This document shows positions 62,955 through 63,588 of a DNA stretch of 63,588 bases, in pieces; the first letter of the stretch is position 1, and every line of letters begins with the position of its first letter. The translations under genes were made by a program, and so were the position numbers. The notes under the pieces were generated by a model. The model was given only the letters and a program-made list of their open reading frames with translations. It did not search any database and was not told the DNA's origin. Source of the DNA: a virus (taxonomy: Duplodnaviria > Caudoviricetes); the IMG/VR virus record IMGVR_UViG_3300042311_000607, positions 1-63,588 of that record; one strand, written 5' to 3'.

Positions 62955-63588
62955 GTGAATGACGACGCCCGTATCGCAGTGGGCCTGCCGGGGCACCACA
63001 AGACGAAGAAGTTGAAGCGCCGGCTGGGGGATTCGGGTGTTCTCGCCCTGGTCTGGCTGTTCTTGTACGCCGCGCAGCACCGCCCAGACGGCGACTTGGC
63101 CGGCATGGAAGACGAGGACATCGAGGACGCCGTTGACTGGAAAGGCGAGCCCGGAACGCTGGTAAAAACCCTGGTCGAGGTCCGCTTTCTTGAAGGCGAT
63201 ATCGGCGAGCGCCGGCTGCACGACTGGGCCGAGCACAACCCGTGGGCGGCCGGCTCTGAGGCGCGATCCGAAAAGGCCAGGTGGGCTGCTCTGTGCAAGC
63301 AACGAGGACGCCGCGAGGCTGCTCGACTGATGCCGGAGTATGCCGCGCGCTTGCTCGAAGGAAGCGACACGCACCCTCCTGGCACCAATCTAGCAGTGCC
63401 AGAAAGTGCTAGTAGCACTCCTGAGCACTCTTCTAGCAGTGCCCCGTCTCCGTCTCCGTCTCCGTCTCCGTCTCCGTCTCCGTCTCCGTCTCCGTCTCCG
63501 TCTCCAAAGCAAGAGCAAGAGCTATCTTCGCTTCGCTCAGATTCGTCATCGGACGGAGCCGATGACAGCGAACGGCCGGCAGATCTGC
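62955..63588 (+). CDS. Phage replication initiator, 5' part (runs off the end, continues at window start)
   Basis: GTG start; DARIAVGLPGH.KTKKL.RRLG...L..L.L.AA..RPDGDL.GM..EDIE.AVDW...LHDW.EHNPWAAG; open to the end of the window. Confidence 0.8.
   Translation, partial: MNDDARIAVGLPGHHKTKKLKRRLGDSGVLALVWLFLYAAQHRPDGDLAGMEDEDIEDAVDWKGEPGTLVKTLVEVRFLEGDIGERRLHDWAEHNPWAAGSEARSEKARWAALCKQRGRREAARLMPEYAARLLEGSDTHPPGTNLAVPESASSTPEHSSSSAPSPSPSPSPSPSPSPSPSPSPKQEQELSSLRSDSSSDGADDSERPADL
63383..63588. repeat. Terminal direct repeat / assembly overlap, copy 2 (10 x CCGTCT)
   Basis: Matches 1-188 plus 18 bp; hexamer run at 63444-63503. Confidence 0.95.

Overview
The window looks like an essentially complete ~63.4 kb, GC-rich tailed phage genome from a Gram-negative host (it has a spanin pair). 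Positions 1-188 repeat at 63383-63588, so the contig is circular or permuted and is broken inside the replication initiator gene. The rightward early arm carries a Cro-like gene, a Ref-like nuclease, the initiator, a DNA methyltransferase, a DUF5664-like fusion, DnaB-like helicase, RusA-like resolvase and Q-like antiterminator. It is followed by a small cassette with its own promoter, lysis genes, TerS/TerL, a P22-like portal, scaffold, a CsrA-like gene, an N4-gp56-like capsid, podovirus-like tail/ejection genes and a 4513-aa DarB-like polyvalent protein. The leftward arm (51187-59445) holds many small genes, a DUF2303-like pair, tRNA-Arg(UCU) and a tRNA-like RNA. I could not recognise an integrase or CI repressor. 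The most striking signal is a run of 6-7 small ORFs, each with a Shine-Dalgarno (SD), overprinted in the +1 frame inside the low-complexity linker of the giant gene (38957-41248). Other leads are twin AUGA-loop hairpins between the CsrA-like gene and the capsid gene, a ~170-nt tRNA-Leu-like RNA with an insertion and extended acceptor stem, small genes bounded by shared SD-containing junction repeats, and candidate nucleotide-sponge anti-defence proteins. All family names come from motif recognition by eye; no database search was run.
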